Shown piece by piece: positions 1 to 9,210 of a stretch of 64,000 nucleotides of DNA. Every line of letters starts with the position of its first letter. Within the stretch, counting starts at the first letter, position 1. Origin of the DNA: Candidatus Heimdallarchaeota archaeon (GTDB lineage Archaea; Asgardarchaeota; Heimdallarchaeia; JABLTI01); assembly GCA_019058275.1 (NCBI GenBank), contig JAHLVW010000015.1:93943-157942 (forward strand), given 5' to 3'. Under the pieces are notes generated by a model. That model ran no database searches, was not told where the DNA came from, and worked only from the letters and a program-made list of their open reading frames with translations. The translations under genes and the position numbers were made by a program.

Positions 1-240
1 ACGATTGAGCAGGAAGAAAGGGAAGATGACTAATCACGCTCAAAGAAAGGGAAAAGGGGAATTTCCTTAAATAACGGAGATAACAAATAATGTTTCAATA
101 GTAACTTACGTTATAAACTATTTAAACTACCAAAACTTTTTCTTATAAATTTAATTAAGTATAAGTTAATGGAGTATATTGCAAACATTTTTAGAAATAA
201 TGACTAGGTTGTCAAGTATGAAGCAAGTGAGGGATTTAAA

Positions 241-1143
241 TTGATCAGAAGAATAATTGATTACAAGGACTCTTTAGATGGTACAATAGAATACCGATGG
301 ATAAAAGGGAAGATCGAAACAAACAACTTAAGCAATGTGCCTAAACACACCCTTTTAGTTGCTCAGAAATATAATCAAATAAAATCAAAATCCTATCCTC
401 TGGAGCTTGCTAATGAGATTATTGTGATAGGAGAGAAAGATGGAGATATTGGTATACAATCGCTTATACTTGCATTGCGTCGAGCTGAAAGAAAGAAAAA
501 TGCAAATTATATTTCTGTTATTAATTCCTCATTAGATAAAATTGCTAATGAACTTGGTTTTGAAGATCGTTTTGAAATGATTTCATTCTTTAATCCTCCT
601 GAAATCATTGCTGAGGTTCCTTATCCTTATGATCTAACAGCTGATCGAGATTTTGATGAAAAATTACTTGACATTTACTCTTCTATTTTGAGAATTATCC
701 AAGAAGTTCGACCAAATATCCAAGTTACTCTCCCTCGTATTGCTGAACTTGCAAATTCACCAAAGAAGTACATTGATGATGTCATTATTGCTATTCTCGA
801 ACAAAGACCTGAGTTGGGAGAATTTTTGAAATTAGAACAAGTTTTCATTAGAAGAGAGAATACTGATGAGCTCATCGATGATTTAATTTCTCACCCTATT
901 CCTCGCTATGGAACTTATAATTGCTTCTATTGCCATACTATTATTGAAAATCGTTCTGCAACCAATTGCCCCAGTTGTAATGAATCTATTCTTCGGTGTA
1001 TTGTTTGTAAATTGCCGATCTCATCAAATGAATTCATTGGAGCTTGTAAGGAATGTCAAGGAGTTGCTCATTTAAATCATCTACAAGAATGGGTAAAAGT
1101 GAAAGGGACTTGTCCTGTTTGTCAGCGAAAAATATCAATCTAA
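241..1143 (+). CDS. Protein with C-terminal zinc ribbon + RING-H2-like domain (putative E3 ligase-like)
   Basis: C-terminus CFYC..CPSC..CIVC..CKEC.G..HLNH...W.....CPVC; TTG start after GAGGGA. Confidence 0.75.
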   Translation: MIRRIIDYKDSLDGTIEYRWIKGKIETNNLSNVPKHTLLVAQKYNQIKSKSYPLELANEIIVIGEKDGDIGIQSLILALRRAERKKNANYISVINSSLDKIANELGFEDRFEMISFFNPPEIIAEVPYPYDLTADRDFDEKLLDIYSSILRIIQEVRPNIQVTLPRIAELANSPKKYIDDVIIAILEQRPELGEFLKLEQVFIRRENTDELIDDLISHPIPRYGTYNCFYCHTIIENRSATNCPSCNESILRCIVCKLPISSNEFIGACKECQGVAHLNHLQEWVKVKGTCPVCQRKISI

Positions 1144-1185
1144 TAATTAGAGAATGTTTTTTAATGACCGTCATAAAAAGCTATC

Positions 1186-2403
1186 TTGAGGATAATGGGA
1201 AAAGATATACTTAGATTTTGGTTTGTTTGTTTTATTATCTTAATTTTATTACCTGTTGAATCAAAATTTGTTGATACAAAGAAACCCGCTCAGGAAGAAT
1301 TTAGATTTCTCACTAACAGGCTCTTTGAAAATGAATTTCTTATAAGCAACACAGTAGATGCTGTAATAGATATCGAATATGATAGCAATCTTACAGATTA
1401 TAGTTTTCCAGGCGATGGTTCTGTAAGTAATCCTTACAGAATTGAAGATTATGTTATTGACACAACCATGAGATATGGGATTAAAATCATTAATACTACC
1501 AAACATATCCTCATCCAAAATTGTTCTATTAGGGCTGAAGGGAGAGCTATTGGAGTTTTCCAAACTGCTTCAAATACAATTACTATTGATAACTGTACAT
1601 GTGACAGCTTTGATCGGTTTGGTTTGCTAGCAAGCTATGTCCCCAAGATGGTTGTTACAAATAACTTGTTTATCGATAACGAACAAGGCATTAATTACAA
1701 TAGTTGTTTTGAAGCACTAATTGCTAACAACACTTTTGTCGATAACGATATAGGTATCAGAATTGAAAATAATTCTACTTATGGTGTTTTATCTGGCAAT
1801 TATATTTACGATAATAGTAATGGTATGCAACTAACAAATGCCCCTGGCAATCAAATAAAAGAAAATATTCTCTTTAACAATGGTGTTGGTATCATTCTAG
1901 ATAGTACCTACCCAGAAGGAGCATCAACTAATTGTGAAATTAGCTATAATCTTATTGAAAATACTACTTCCTTTGGTCTTATAATATCAGCTTTCTTAAG
2001 TCAAGATTTCTCAAGTTACAATGAAATCCATCATAATTCCTTTGTCAATAATAATCTCAATGGAAAGAGTCAAGCCAAAGATGATGGAGTAGAAAATCTT
2101 TGGTCTAAAGAAGGTACTAGAGTAGGTAACTACTGGTCTGATTGGTGGGGAATTGGTTCCTACAAGATTAATGGTTCTGCTGAAAACAAGGACAGATATC
2201 CAATATCAATACCTCTTCATACCTTGCAAACATCAGTTCCTACCATCCTTAAAGGAAGAGCTATTATTTTTGGAACTCTTATACCAGTATTAGTTATTGG
2301 TTACATTGTTGTTAATGAATCCAAGAGAAACAGAAAAGCAAAAGGTCAACAACTAGTAATCGTTGAAGAGGAAGAAAAAGAAGCTAATGAAGATAACTCT
2401 TAG
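1186..2403 (+). CDS. Membrane-anchored right-handed beta-helix (NosD/CASH-like) surface protein
   Basis: Signal peptide, Asn/Ile-rich GI-x-x-x-N repeats, GNYWSDW motif, C-terminal TM helix with charged tail. Confidence 0.8.
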   Translation: MRIMGKDILRFWFVCFIILILLPVESKFVDTKKPAQEEFRFLTNRLFENEFLISNTVDAVIDIEYDSNLTDYSFPGDGSVSNPYRIEDYVIDTTMRYGIKIINTTKHILIQNCSIRAEGRAIGVFQTASNTITIDNCTCDSFDRFGLLASYVPKMVVTNNLFIDNEQGINYNSCFEALIANNTFVDNDIGIRIENNSTYGVLSGNYIYDNSNGMQLTNAPGNQIKENILFNNGVGIILDSTYPEGASTNCEISYNLIENTTSFGLIISAFLSQDFSSYNEIHHNSFVNNNLNGKSQAKDDGVENLWSKEGTRVGNYWSDWWGIGSYKINGSAENKDRYPISIPLHTLQTSVPTILKGRAIIFGTLIPVLVIGYIVVNESKRNRKAKGQQLVIVEEEEKEANEDNS

Positions 2404-2484
2404 CAAGCAAATCCATGCTTTGATTTGAAAAGGTTTTAAAAGTTGATTACAGAATTACTTCATGTTTGTTTAGGTGATAACTGA

Positions 2485-2832
2485 ATGTCACTCTATTGTC
2501 CAAGTTGTGGAGCAGTAAATGAAGAATTCGCAGAATTCTGTGCAAGTTGTGGAGAATCTCTTGCTAAAGCTAGAGACCGCAAAGTCAAACATGAAAAAGC
2601 AAAACAAGAAAAGACTTCTGAAGGAACTGAGGAGAAGAAGCTCTATCGTTCTCGTACAGACAAAATGGTTACTGGTCTTTCTGCTGGTCTAGCTAAATAC
2701 CTGGATCTAGATATTGACTTAGTCCGAATTTTGTGGTTGATTGCTTTTGTAGTTTCCGGTGGAATTGTTTTAGTAGTCTATTTAATTATGGCTATGGCTA
2801 TTCCTCTTGAGCCTGAAGTAGAAACTACTTAA
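2485..2832 (+). CDS. Zinc-ribbon + PspC domain protein
   Basis: CPSCG..CASCG ribbon, then KKLYRSRTDKMVTGLSAGLAKYL..LVRILW..YL PspC signature. Confidence 0.85.
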   Translation: MSLYCPSCGAVNEEFAEFCASCGESLAKARDRKVKHEKAKQEKTSEGTEEKKLYRSRTDKMVTGLSAGLAKYLDLDIDLVRILWLIAFVVSGGIVLVVYLIMAMAIPLEPEVETT

Positions 2833-2876
2833 AACTACTTCTTTTTTATTTTTCTTTTCGTTTTAAGCAGTTGTTT

Positions 2877-5762
2877 TTAGATCTCTTTAATCATTACTGC
2901 TTCTTCTTTCCTTGCAGAAATTATTCCTGGAATTACTGAGCTAAGTAATGATGCACCAAACATGATAGCTATCGTTAGTATCAATTTCAGTGACGAGTAA
3001 ACCATCTCCCATGGTGGGATAAATGAGTTTATCGCAATAATTGACATGAACATATATGATGCAAAAACCCCAAGTAGTATCCCCGTAAAAGCACCTAATA
3101 ACAAGACAGTAAATGATTCAGTATAGAAATAGCTAAACAACTGTCTTGGAGAAATACCTATGGTTTTCATAATCCCAACCTCATTTGTTCTCTCGAGAGT
3201 ATGAATTACCATCATTATTGACATAGCAAAAACTAATATCAAAATAGAAGCGATGAAATTGGAATTCAATGCTCCAAAAATTACCGTTGACCTTAAACTT
3301 CCTTCTGAGAAAGTAACTCTCTCTGCAATACTATCTACTTTTCTTCCATATGTCCATTCTTCTATTCCTTGAACAACTGATTCAGTAGCATAGTCATCTT
3401 TGACCTTAACGAATAGTTGTGTGTAAAAATCAGAACTGTCTCCAGATAGATTGAAAATATGTTCTGATGAAGCAACCAAAGAAAGTTCAAACTGAATTGT
3501 ACCAAATGTTGGTTTTTTAACGTAAACTACTGGCCAGAAATTGTAAAAATCTACAATCTTTGCTTGTTTTGTATCTATATCTGAACTACCTGAAAATTTA
3601 GGAATGTATATATCAAATAAGTCTCCTTCTGAGACATTAAAGGAAGATGATTGGTCATGTTGCATGATAATATTTAGTGAAACATTCGATTCTAAGGGGG
3701 CGTCTAGTTTCGAGATTATTTCCATAGTATCTGAATCAAGGTATTCCCGGTCGAAATAACCAACCTGTCCAAACTCTGACGTGTTTATCCCCATAAATGT
3801 AAAATGATAAACCACACTACCACGTGTTATAGGTGCTGTAGAAAACCAAGTAACATAAGTTGTAGCTTCTACTCCTTCTACTGCTTCTATATTTTGTCTA
3901 AAAACCTTATCAGATAAAGCCACATTGGAAATGACTATATCCGAACCTATAGTATAAGCTGCATTTTCATAATCAAATCCTTGGTAACTATCTGGTATTA
4001 CTATCGAGACAGTTGCCATGGTGAATGTAAGCATAACTAATACTAACGATCGCATGGTGGCACTTCTGCGCCTTCCTAAGCTTCTAAAAGCAATACTCAG
4101 TAACTCTAGTTTATGGAATTTCCATGTAACTTTGGAAAGCCACTTCGTTATTATAGGAAAGAGCCTTGTCACGACCATGATAGTTCCAATAATAACTAGA
4201 ATGGGAGCGGGAGTTCCCAATAACCTAGCAAACGCTATTGAGACATTAACGTTTTTGAGCTGAATCCAGGTAATTACCCAAGCAATTATGCCAACAACTA
4301 GTAGAAAGATATCAATGTAAAACCTTTCCCAAAATGGTTTTTTATCTCGCATTTCACTAAAAGCTTCTTCTTTCTCTAGTTGACTTAGATTCCTTATACT
4401 CCCTACATTTACAAGTAGAGAGCCAATAAAACCTGCAATAATTACTATCTCCAATATTAACACAAAGAATCGGGGAATTACAGTTGGACCTGTGAAATTT
4501 AAAAATGCAGCACTTTTCAGTATCAGAAATGTATAAGGATATGCAAGTATAAATGCTAATACTATCGCTATTGCTGTGAATATTACTAACTCCACCAGAA
4601 GCATTACTACAATTTCAGCTTGAGAACTACCTCTCATATTAAGAAGACCCAATTGTCGTTTCCTACGTTTCTTAATCAAATTTGAAGAATAAGCTGTTAA
4701 AGATAATGCCATGCTAATCATTGGAATCATAAACATAATGATTAAAATTCTGAAAATCTCAAATTCACTAACAAAATCTTGTAATATAATAATAATGTTC
4801 AAATCAAGATGAACTTCATTTGTAAATTCAGTGTCTTCAATCGAAGAACGTATTTGTTCTGTGAATCCAATAAACTTCTCAATTTCATTTTTTAAGTTGA
4901 AAGCATCAATTTCGTCTAGATTGAAAGCTATTGATCCTATAAATGTAGATTGATCTGGTGCTACCTGTGAAGGTGTTCCTGTTAATCCATGAGTGAAATC
5001 CATTAATGATTTATACGATGAAAGAATCAATTGATCTTCAGCGAGAATTGAGAAGAGATTTGTCAAGAAAGCTTTCTCTTCATAACTATTGTTTAAAGAT
5101 TCTTGTAACTCATAAACATCAATAACCCCTGTAATGTTTAGTGTTGCACCTGCAGCAGGGATACCTTGTTCAACACCAGCAGCAAGGTTTAGTGGATTGT
5201 AAATAGTAAAAACATTGTTTAATCCTTTAGATAGATTGGTATTTCTTAACATATCTGGTCTGAGAAGTAAAAGGACTTCACTAGAATTTGATGGAAGAGT
5301 CCCGTCATCTTGAATGTATGGGCTTAGTATATCAAAGAAAAAACTTGGTACACCAACATAATTAACAGCTACTAACTCAGTATTGTTATAATTCAAATAA
5401 TCAGTATAAGGAAGTACTACAGCCCGCCGATTGATCCAATACCTAAAAGCAGTAGTCCCTTCTAACCCAGAGGAAACGAGCGCTTTATCTACAATTGTCT
5501 CGAGTTCAGGTACAATCGTATCCTCTCTATTATAGGTGTTAATCATATTTGTTGGCGTTATTGTTATTTGTTCTTCTGGATTCTCTCTTATGTAAGTATT
5601 AAAAGCATCATATTGAAAGCTATAAAGAAAGATCAAGCTTTCAGCAACTAATGCAAGGCTAATTCCCAAGCCAATAAATGCGACCAGAGTATATCTTTTG
5701 TTAATGAAAATTATTCTGAAAAACAGATTTATTTTCTCATATACTCTACGTATAGTTGCCAA
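2877..5762 (-). CDS. FtsX/MacB-like ABC transporter permease (duplicated FtsX domains)
   Basis: KRRKRQLGLLNMRGSS and ERTNEVGIMKTIGISPRQL motifs, two large extracytoplasmic loops, many TM helices. Confidence 0.85.
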   Translation of the reverse strand: MATIRRVYEKINLFFRIIFINKRYTLVAFIGLGISLALVAESLIFLYSFQYDAFNTYIRENPEEQITITPTNMINTYNREDTIVPELETIVDKALVSSGLEGTTAFRYWINRRAVVLPYTDYLNYNNTELVAVNYVGVPSFFFDILSPYIQDDGTLPSNSSEVLLLLRPDMLRNTNLSKGLNNVFTIYNPLNLAAGVEQGIPAAGATLNITGVIDVYELQESLNNSYEEKAFLTNLFSILAEDQLILSSYKSLMDFTHGLTGTPSQVAPDQSTFIGSIAFNLDEIDAFNLKNEIEKFIGFTEQIRSSIEDTEFTNEVHLDLNIIIILQDFVSEFEIFRILIIMFMIPMISMALSLTAYSSNLIKKRRKRQLGLLNMRGSSQAEIVVMLLVELVIFTAIAIVLAFILAYPYTFLILKSAAFLNFTGPTVIPRFFVLILEIVIIAGFIGSLLVNVGSIRNLSQLEKEEAFSEMRDKKPFWERFYIDIFLLVVGIIAWVITWIQLKNVNVSIAFARLLGTPAPILVIIGTIMVVTRLFPIITKWLSKVTWKFHKLELLSIAFRSLGRRRSATMRSLVLVMLTFTMATVSIVIPDSYQGFDYENAAYTIGSDIVISNVALSDKVFRQNIEAVEGVEATTYVTWFSTAPITRGSVVYHFTFMGINTSEFGQVGYFDREYLDSDTMEIISKLDAPLESNVSLNIIMQHDQSSSFNVSEGDLFDIYIPKFSGSSDIDTKQAKIVDFYNFWPVVYVKKPTFGTIQFELSLVASSEHIFNLSGDSSDFYTQLFVKVKDDYATESVVQGIEEWTYGRKVDSIAERVTFSEGSLRSTVIFGALNSNFIASILILVFAMSIMMVIHTLERTNEVGIMKTIGISPRQLFSYFYTESFTVLLLGAFTGILLGVFASYMFMSIIAINSFIPPWEMVYSSLKLILTIAIMFGASLLSSVIPGIISARKEEAVMIKEI

Positions 5763-5938
5763 CTACTTTACCTCAACAATAATTATAAGAAATCCGTTTT
5801 AAGCATTTAGACCAATTTTATTTTAAAGAAGCTCATGAAGTAAACAAGAAAAAACAACTTTTTGATAAGAATTAAATTCTATTAGGATATAGATTTCATT
5901 ATAGTTGTATTATAATAAGCAAGGTTGTTTTAACTGTA

Positions 5939-8125
5939 ATGAAAGCAAAATATCAAATAAGATTTCTATCCATAATCGTAACGATTGTTATACCATTAGT
6001 ACTACTTAGTTCTAATTCCAATCTGGATAAGTATTTTGTAGAAAACGAACTTGCAAATTTTCCTTTAACAAATACCATTGAAATGAATGGTTATACAGAT
6101 ATAGAATCTTATTTTGATAATCCTATCTGGATAAATGATAACATTATTGGATCTATTATTTCTTCACCAACAATTAGTGATTTAGATAATGATTCAGATA
6201 TGGAAATTATATTATTAACTGATAGGAATTTTGTTTATATTTTGGATCACACTGGATTACCTTTGGATGGTTGGGGTGAGCCTTTTGCACTACATTTAGA
6301 TGAGGACCTAACTTCACATTCTGGTGATGCTCCACACCCAATAGTATTAGATTTCAATGATGATGGTGAACAAGAGATTATTGTTGCAACATTCAATGGG
6401 ACAATTCATGCATTCTTCTTAAATGGTACAGAAGTTCCTGGTTGGCCTGTATACATTGACGGGAATATTTCTTCTTCACCAGCAGCAGGGGATATAGATG
6501 GCGATTTGCAAGATGAGATTGTTGTAAGTAGTTGGAATTTTAATATCCATGCTTTTGAATTAGATGGGAATAATGTTACTGGATTTCCATTTACTGGATC
6601 AACAGATCAAATATTTAGCACACCTGCTCTTGCCAATCTTGATAGTGATCCCGAACTAGAAATAGCATTTGGTTCAGATGATAGCAACGTATATGTTTTA
6701 AACGGAGATGGAACAGTTATGCCAGGTTGGCCTAAAGAAACTAAGCATCATGTAAAATCAGCACCAGCTATAGCAGATTTGGATCTTGATGGTAAAAATG
6801 AGATAATTGTTGGTTCAGTCGATAAGAGCATCTACATTTTTAGAAATAACGGTTCTAATTTTGGCAGCTGGCCTTGTAAAACACCCATTTCGATTTATAC
6901 TAGTCCAACTGTTGGTGATATTAATTGTGATGGGTTTATTGATATTGTAATTCAAGCTAATAGTTCACTATATGCTTTTACAGATGTAGTGAATAGTAAT
7001 GACACTGAATGGACTAACTACTATCCAGGAGTAATAAGTAGGGAACAGATTATTGTTGACATTGATGGAGATCTAGTTCCTGAGATTATTCAAGTTACTA
7101 GTATTGGTTTTATTAGAATAATATCAAATAATGGCACTACTATACATTCGAAATTGTTAACGTTTAATGGAATCGAATCTCAACCAGCAGTTGGAGATAT
7201 AGATGGGGATAAAATTCTTGAAATTATTTTTACAACTAGAGCTACTGGTACAGTTGAAGCAATTGCTGAAGTTCATGCTTTCAAGTTAGGGTCTTTAGGA
7301 TTACTACCTTGGGGTGGATTCAGAGCAGGAAGAGAAAGAAATGGTAGACCATTTGATAGCGATGGTGATGGTTTAAACACAGCTGAAGAAGAGATTTTAG
7401 GAACAGATGAAAACAACCCAGATACAGACGGGGATACAATACTTGATGGTGATGAGATCTACAAATATAATCTTAATCCTGTGATACCAGATGCAGATGC
7501 AGATTATGATAATGATTTATTGAGTAATGTAGATGAGTTCGATATCTACAACACTGATCCTACAAATCCCGATACAGATGGGGATACATTAGAGGATGGG
7601 GAAGAAGTTTATACTTATGGAACAGATCCTACAAAATCAGATACCGATGATGATTTCATGCCTGATAATTTTGAGGTTAGGTTTGAGAACACCGATCCTC
7701 ACGTTCCTGATACTTATCAAGATCTTGATGAAGATAATTTAACTAATGTCGAGGAATATGATCAGGATACTAATCCAGACAATCCGGACACAGATGGTGA
7801 CTCTCTTCTAGATGGAGATGAAGTGAAAAGATACCATACAGATCCAAATGTGCCTGATGCGGATTTGGATTCTGATGGAGATGGACTTACCAATGTTGAC
7901 GAAGTAGACCTTTATGGTACAGACCCTACAGATCCTGATTCAGATGACGACGGATATGATGACTACTACGAGGTTAAACGTGGTACGGACCCAAATGACC
8001 CCAACAGTACGCCATTCCCATTATGGACTATTGCCCCAATAACTTTAGGTTCAAGTTTAATACTGGGAATTGCAGGTTACTTTACTATCAAAAATATTTA
8101 CTTAAAGAAAAGAAGAGCCATTTAA
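5939..8125 (+). CDS. Surface protein: FG-GAP/VCBS beta-propeller + TSP3-type Ca-binding repeats + C-terminal TM anchor
   Basis: Repeated SSP-x-x-GD-x-DGD-x-x-EI units, then DPTNPDTDGD-x-L-x-DG-x-E repeats, TM helix and KKRR tail. Confidence 0.85.
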   Translation: MKAKYQIRFLSIIVTIVIPLVLLSSNSNLDKYFVENELANFPLTNTIEMNGYTDIESYFDNPIWINDNIIGSIISSPTISDLDNDSDMEIILLTDRNFVYILDHTGLPLDGWGEPFALHLDEDLTSHSGDAPHPIVLDFNDDGEQEIIVATFNGTIHAFFLNGTEVPGWPVYIDGNISSSPAAGDIDGDLQDEIVVSSWNFNIHAFELDGNNVTGFPFTGSTDQIFSTPALANLDSDPELEIAFGSDDSNVYVLNGDGTVMPGWPKETKHHVKSAPAIADLDLDGKNEIIVGSVDKSIYIFRNNGSNFGSWPCKTPISIYTSPTVGDINCDGFIDIVIQANSSLYAFTDVVNSNDTEWTNYYPGVISREQIIVDIDGDLVPEIIQVTSIGFIRIISNNGTTIHSKLLTFNGIESQPAVGDIDGDKILEIIFTTRATGTVEAIAEVHAFKLGSLGLLPWGGFRAGRERNGRPFDSDGDGLNTAEEEILGTDENNPDTDGDTILDGDEIYKYNLNPVIPDADADYDNDLLSNVDEFDIYNTDPTNPDTDGDTLEDGEEVYTYGTDPTKSDTDDDFMPDNFEVRFENTDPHVPDTYQDLDEDNLTNVEEYDQDTNPDNPDTDGDSLLDGDEVKRYHTDPNVPDADLDSDGDGLTNVDEVDLYGTDPTDPDSDDDGYDDYYEVKRGTDPNDPNSTPFPLWTIAPITLGSSLILGIAGYFTIKNIYLKKRRAI

Positions 8126-8200
8126 ATTCCTAATCCTCTCTTTTTTGTTCTATTTTTTTTTAACAAGATTATTAGAAATGCTTTTTATTGCAAGAGACTT

Positions 8201-8965
8201 TTGATAACTAAGCTGGATGTGAGTAGATTGGCAAAAGATGAAGATTATGTAATTGTTACTAAAGGATTAACAAAAGAATATCCATTTGGGGAAACTACAA
8301 TTAAAGCTATCAATGGCATTGATTTTGCTATTAAGAAAGGGGAATATGCAACAATTGTTGGTCCTTCTGGTAGTGGTAAAACAACTTTCCTCAATTTAAT
8401 CGGAACTATTGATAATCCTACATCTGGAGAAATATTCTTCAATGGAAGAAAAGTTTCTGAAATGACTGGTAAAGAAATTAGGGAACTTAGAAGAACAAAA
8501 ATTGGTTTTGTTTTTCAAGCTTTCAACCTCCTGGAAATTCTTACGACCGCTGAAAATATCGCTCTTCCTATGATCATTAATGGTACTCCAGCTGTTGAGA
8601 GAGAAGAACGAGTACAAGAACTTCTTGAGATAATTGGTCTTCCAGATAGAGGAGAACATTTCCCAATGGAACTTAGTGGTGGTCAAAGGCAAAGAGTGGC
8701 TATTGCAAGATCATTAGCTAATAAACCTGAAGTCATTCTTTTAGACGAACCAACAGGTCAAGTTGATAGTAACACTTCTCGTGAAATTATGGATTATCTT
8801 TTGAAAATCAATAGAGAAGAAGGTGTTACATTAATTGTCGTTACTCATGAAGATATGATTGCTTCTGAATCAAGAAGACCTTTAACAATTATCGATGGCA
8901 AAATCTATGAAGGAATTCTTGAATCATTCTTAGACATTAAAGCCATACAAGAAGGAACATTATAG
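8201..8965 (+). CDS. ABC transporter ATP-binding protein (LolD/MacB family)
   Basis: GPSGSGKT, VFQAFNL, LSGGQRQRVAIAR, LLDEPT, VVTH. Confidence 0.95.
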   Translation: MITKLDVSRLAKDEDYVIVTKGLTKEYPFGETTIKAINGIDFAIKKGEYATIVGPSGSGKTTFLNLIGTIDNPTSGEIFFNGRKVSEMTGKEIRELRRTKIGFVFQAFNLLEILTTAENIALPMIINGTPAVEREERVQELLEIIGLPDRGEHFPMELSGGQRQRVAIARSLANKPEVILLDEPTGQVDSNTSREIMDYLLKINREEGVTLIVVTHEDMIASESRRPLTIIDGKIYEGILESFLDIKAIQEGTL

Positions 8966-9210
8966 ATAAATCCTTTTGTCCTTTTATTTCTCTTTTCTAC
9001 TTTGTATTGAACATCTAATTGAGAATACTCTTAGTAAATGCTCAAGTTTAAAGTTCCCTAAAAGGAAAATTAAAATAGAGTGACTTTTCTTTTTAATCAA
9101 TGAATGTCAAAAATGACTTCATTTTTGTTAAAAACATAAAATTACTATGCTGATAATATATGACATTAAAAAGTTAATAGTCTAATAATAATTATGAGGG
9201 GAATAAAAAG

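Noticed and set aside
8040-8125. True integrin-alpha ortholog for the FG-GAP protein
   Set aside because: No thigh/calf domains or GFFKR tail; FG-GAP/VCBS propellers are common in prokaryotic surface proteins
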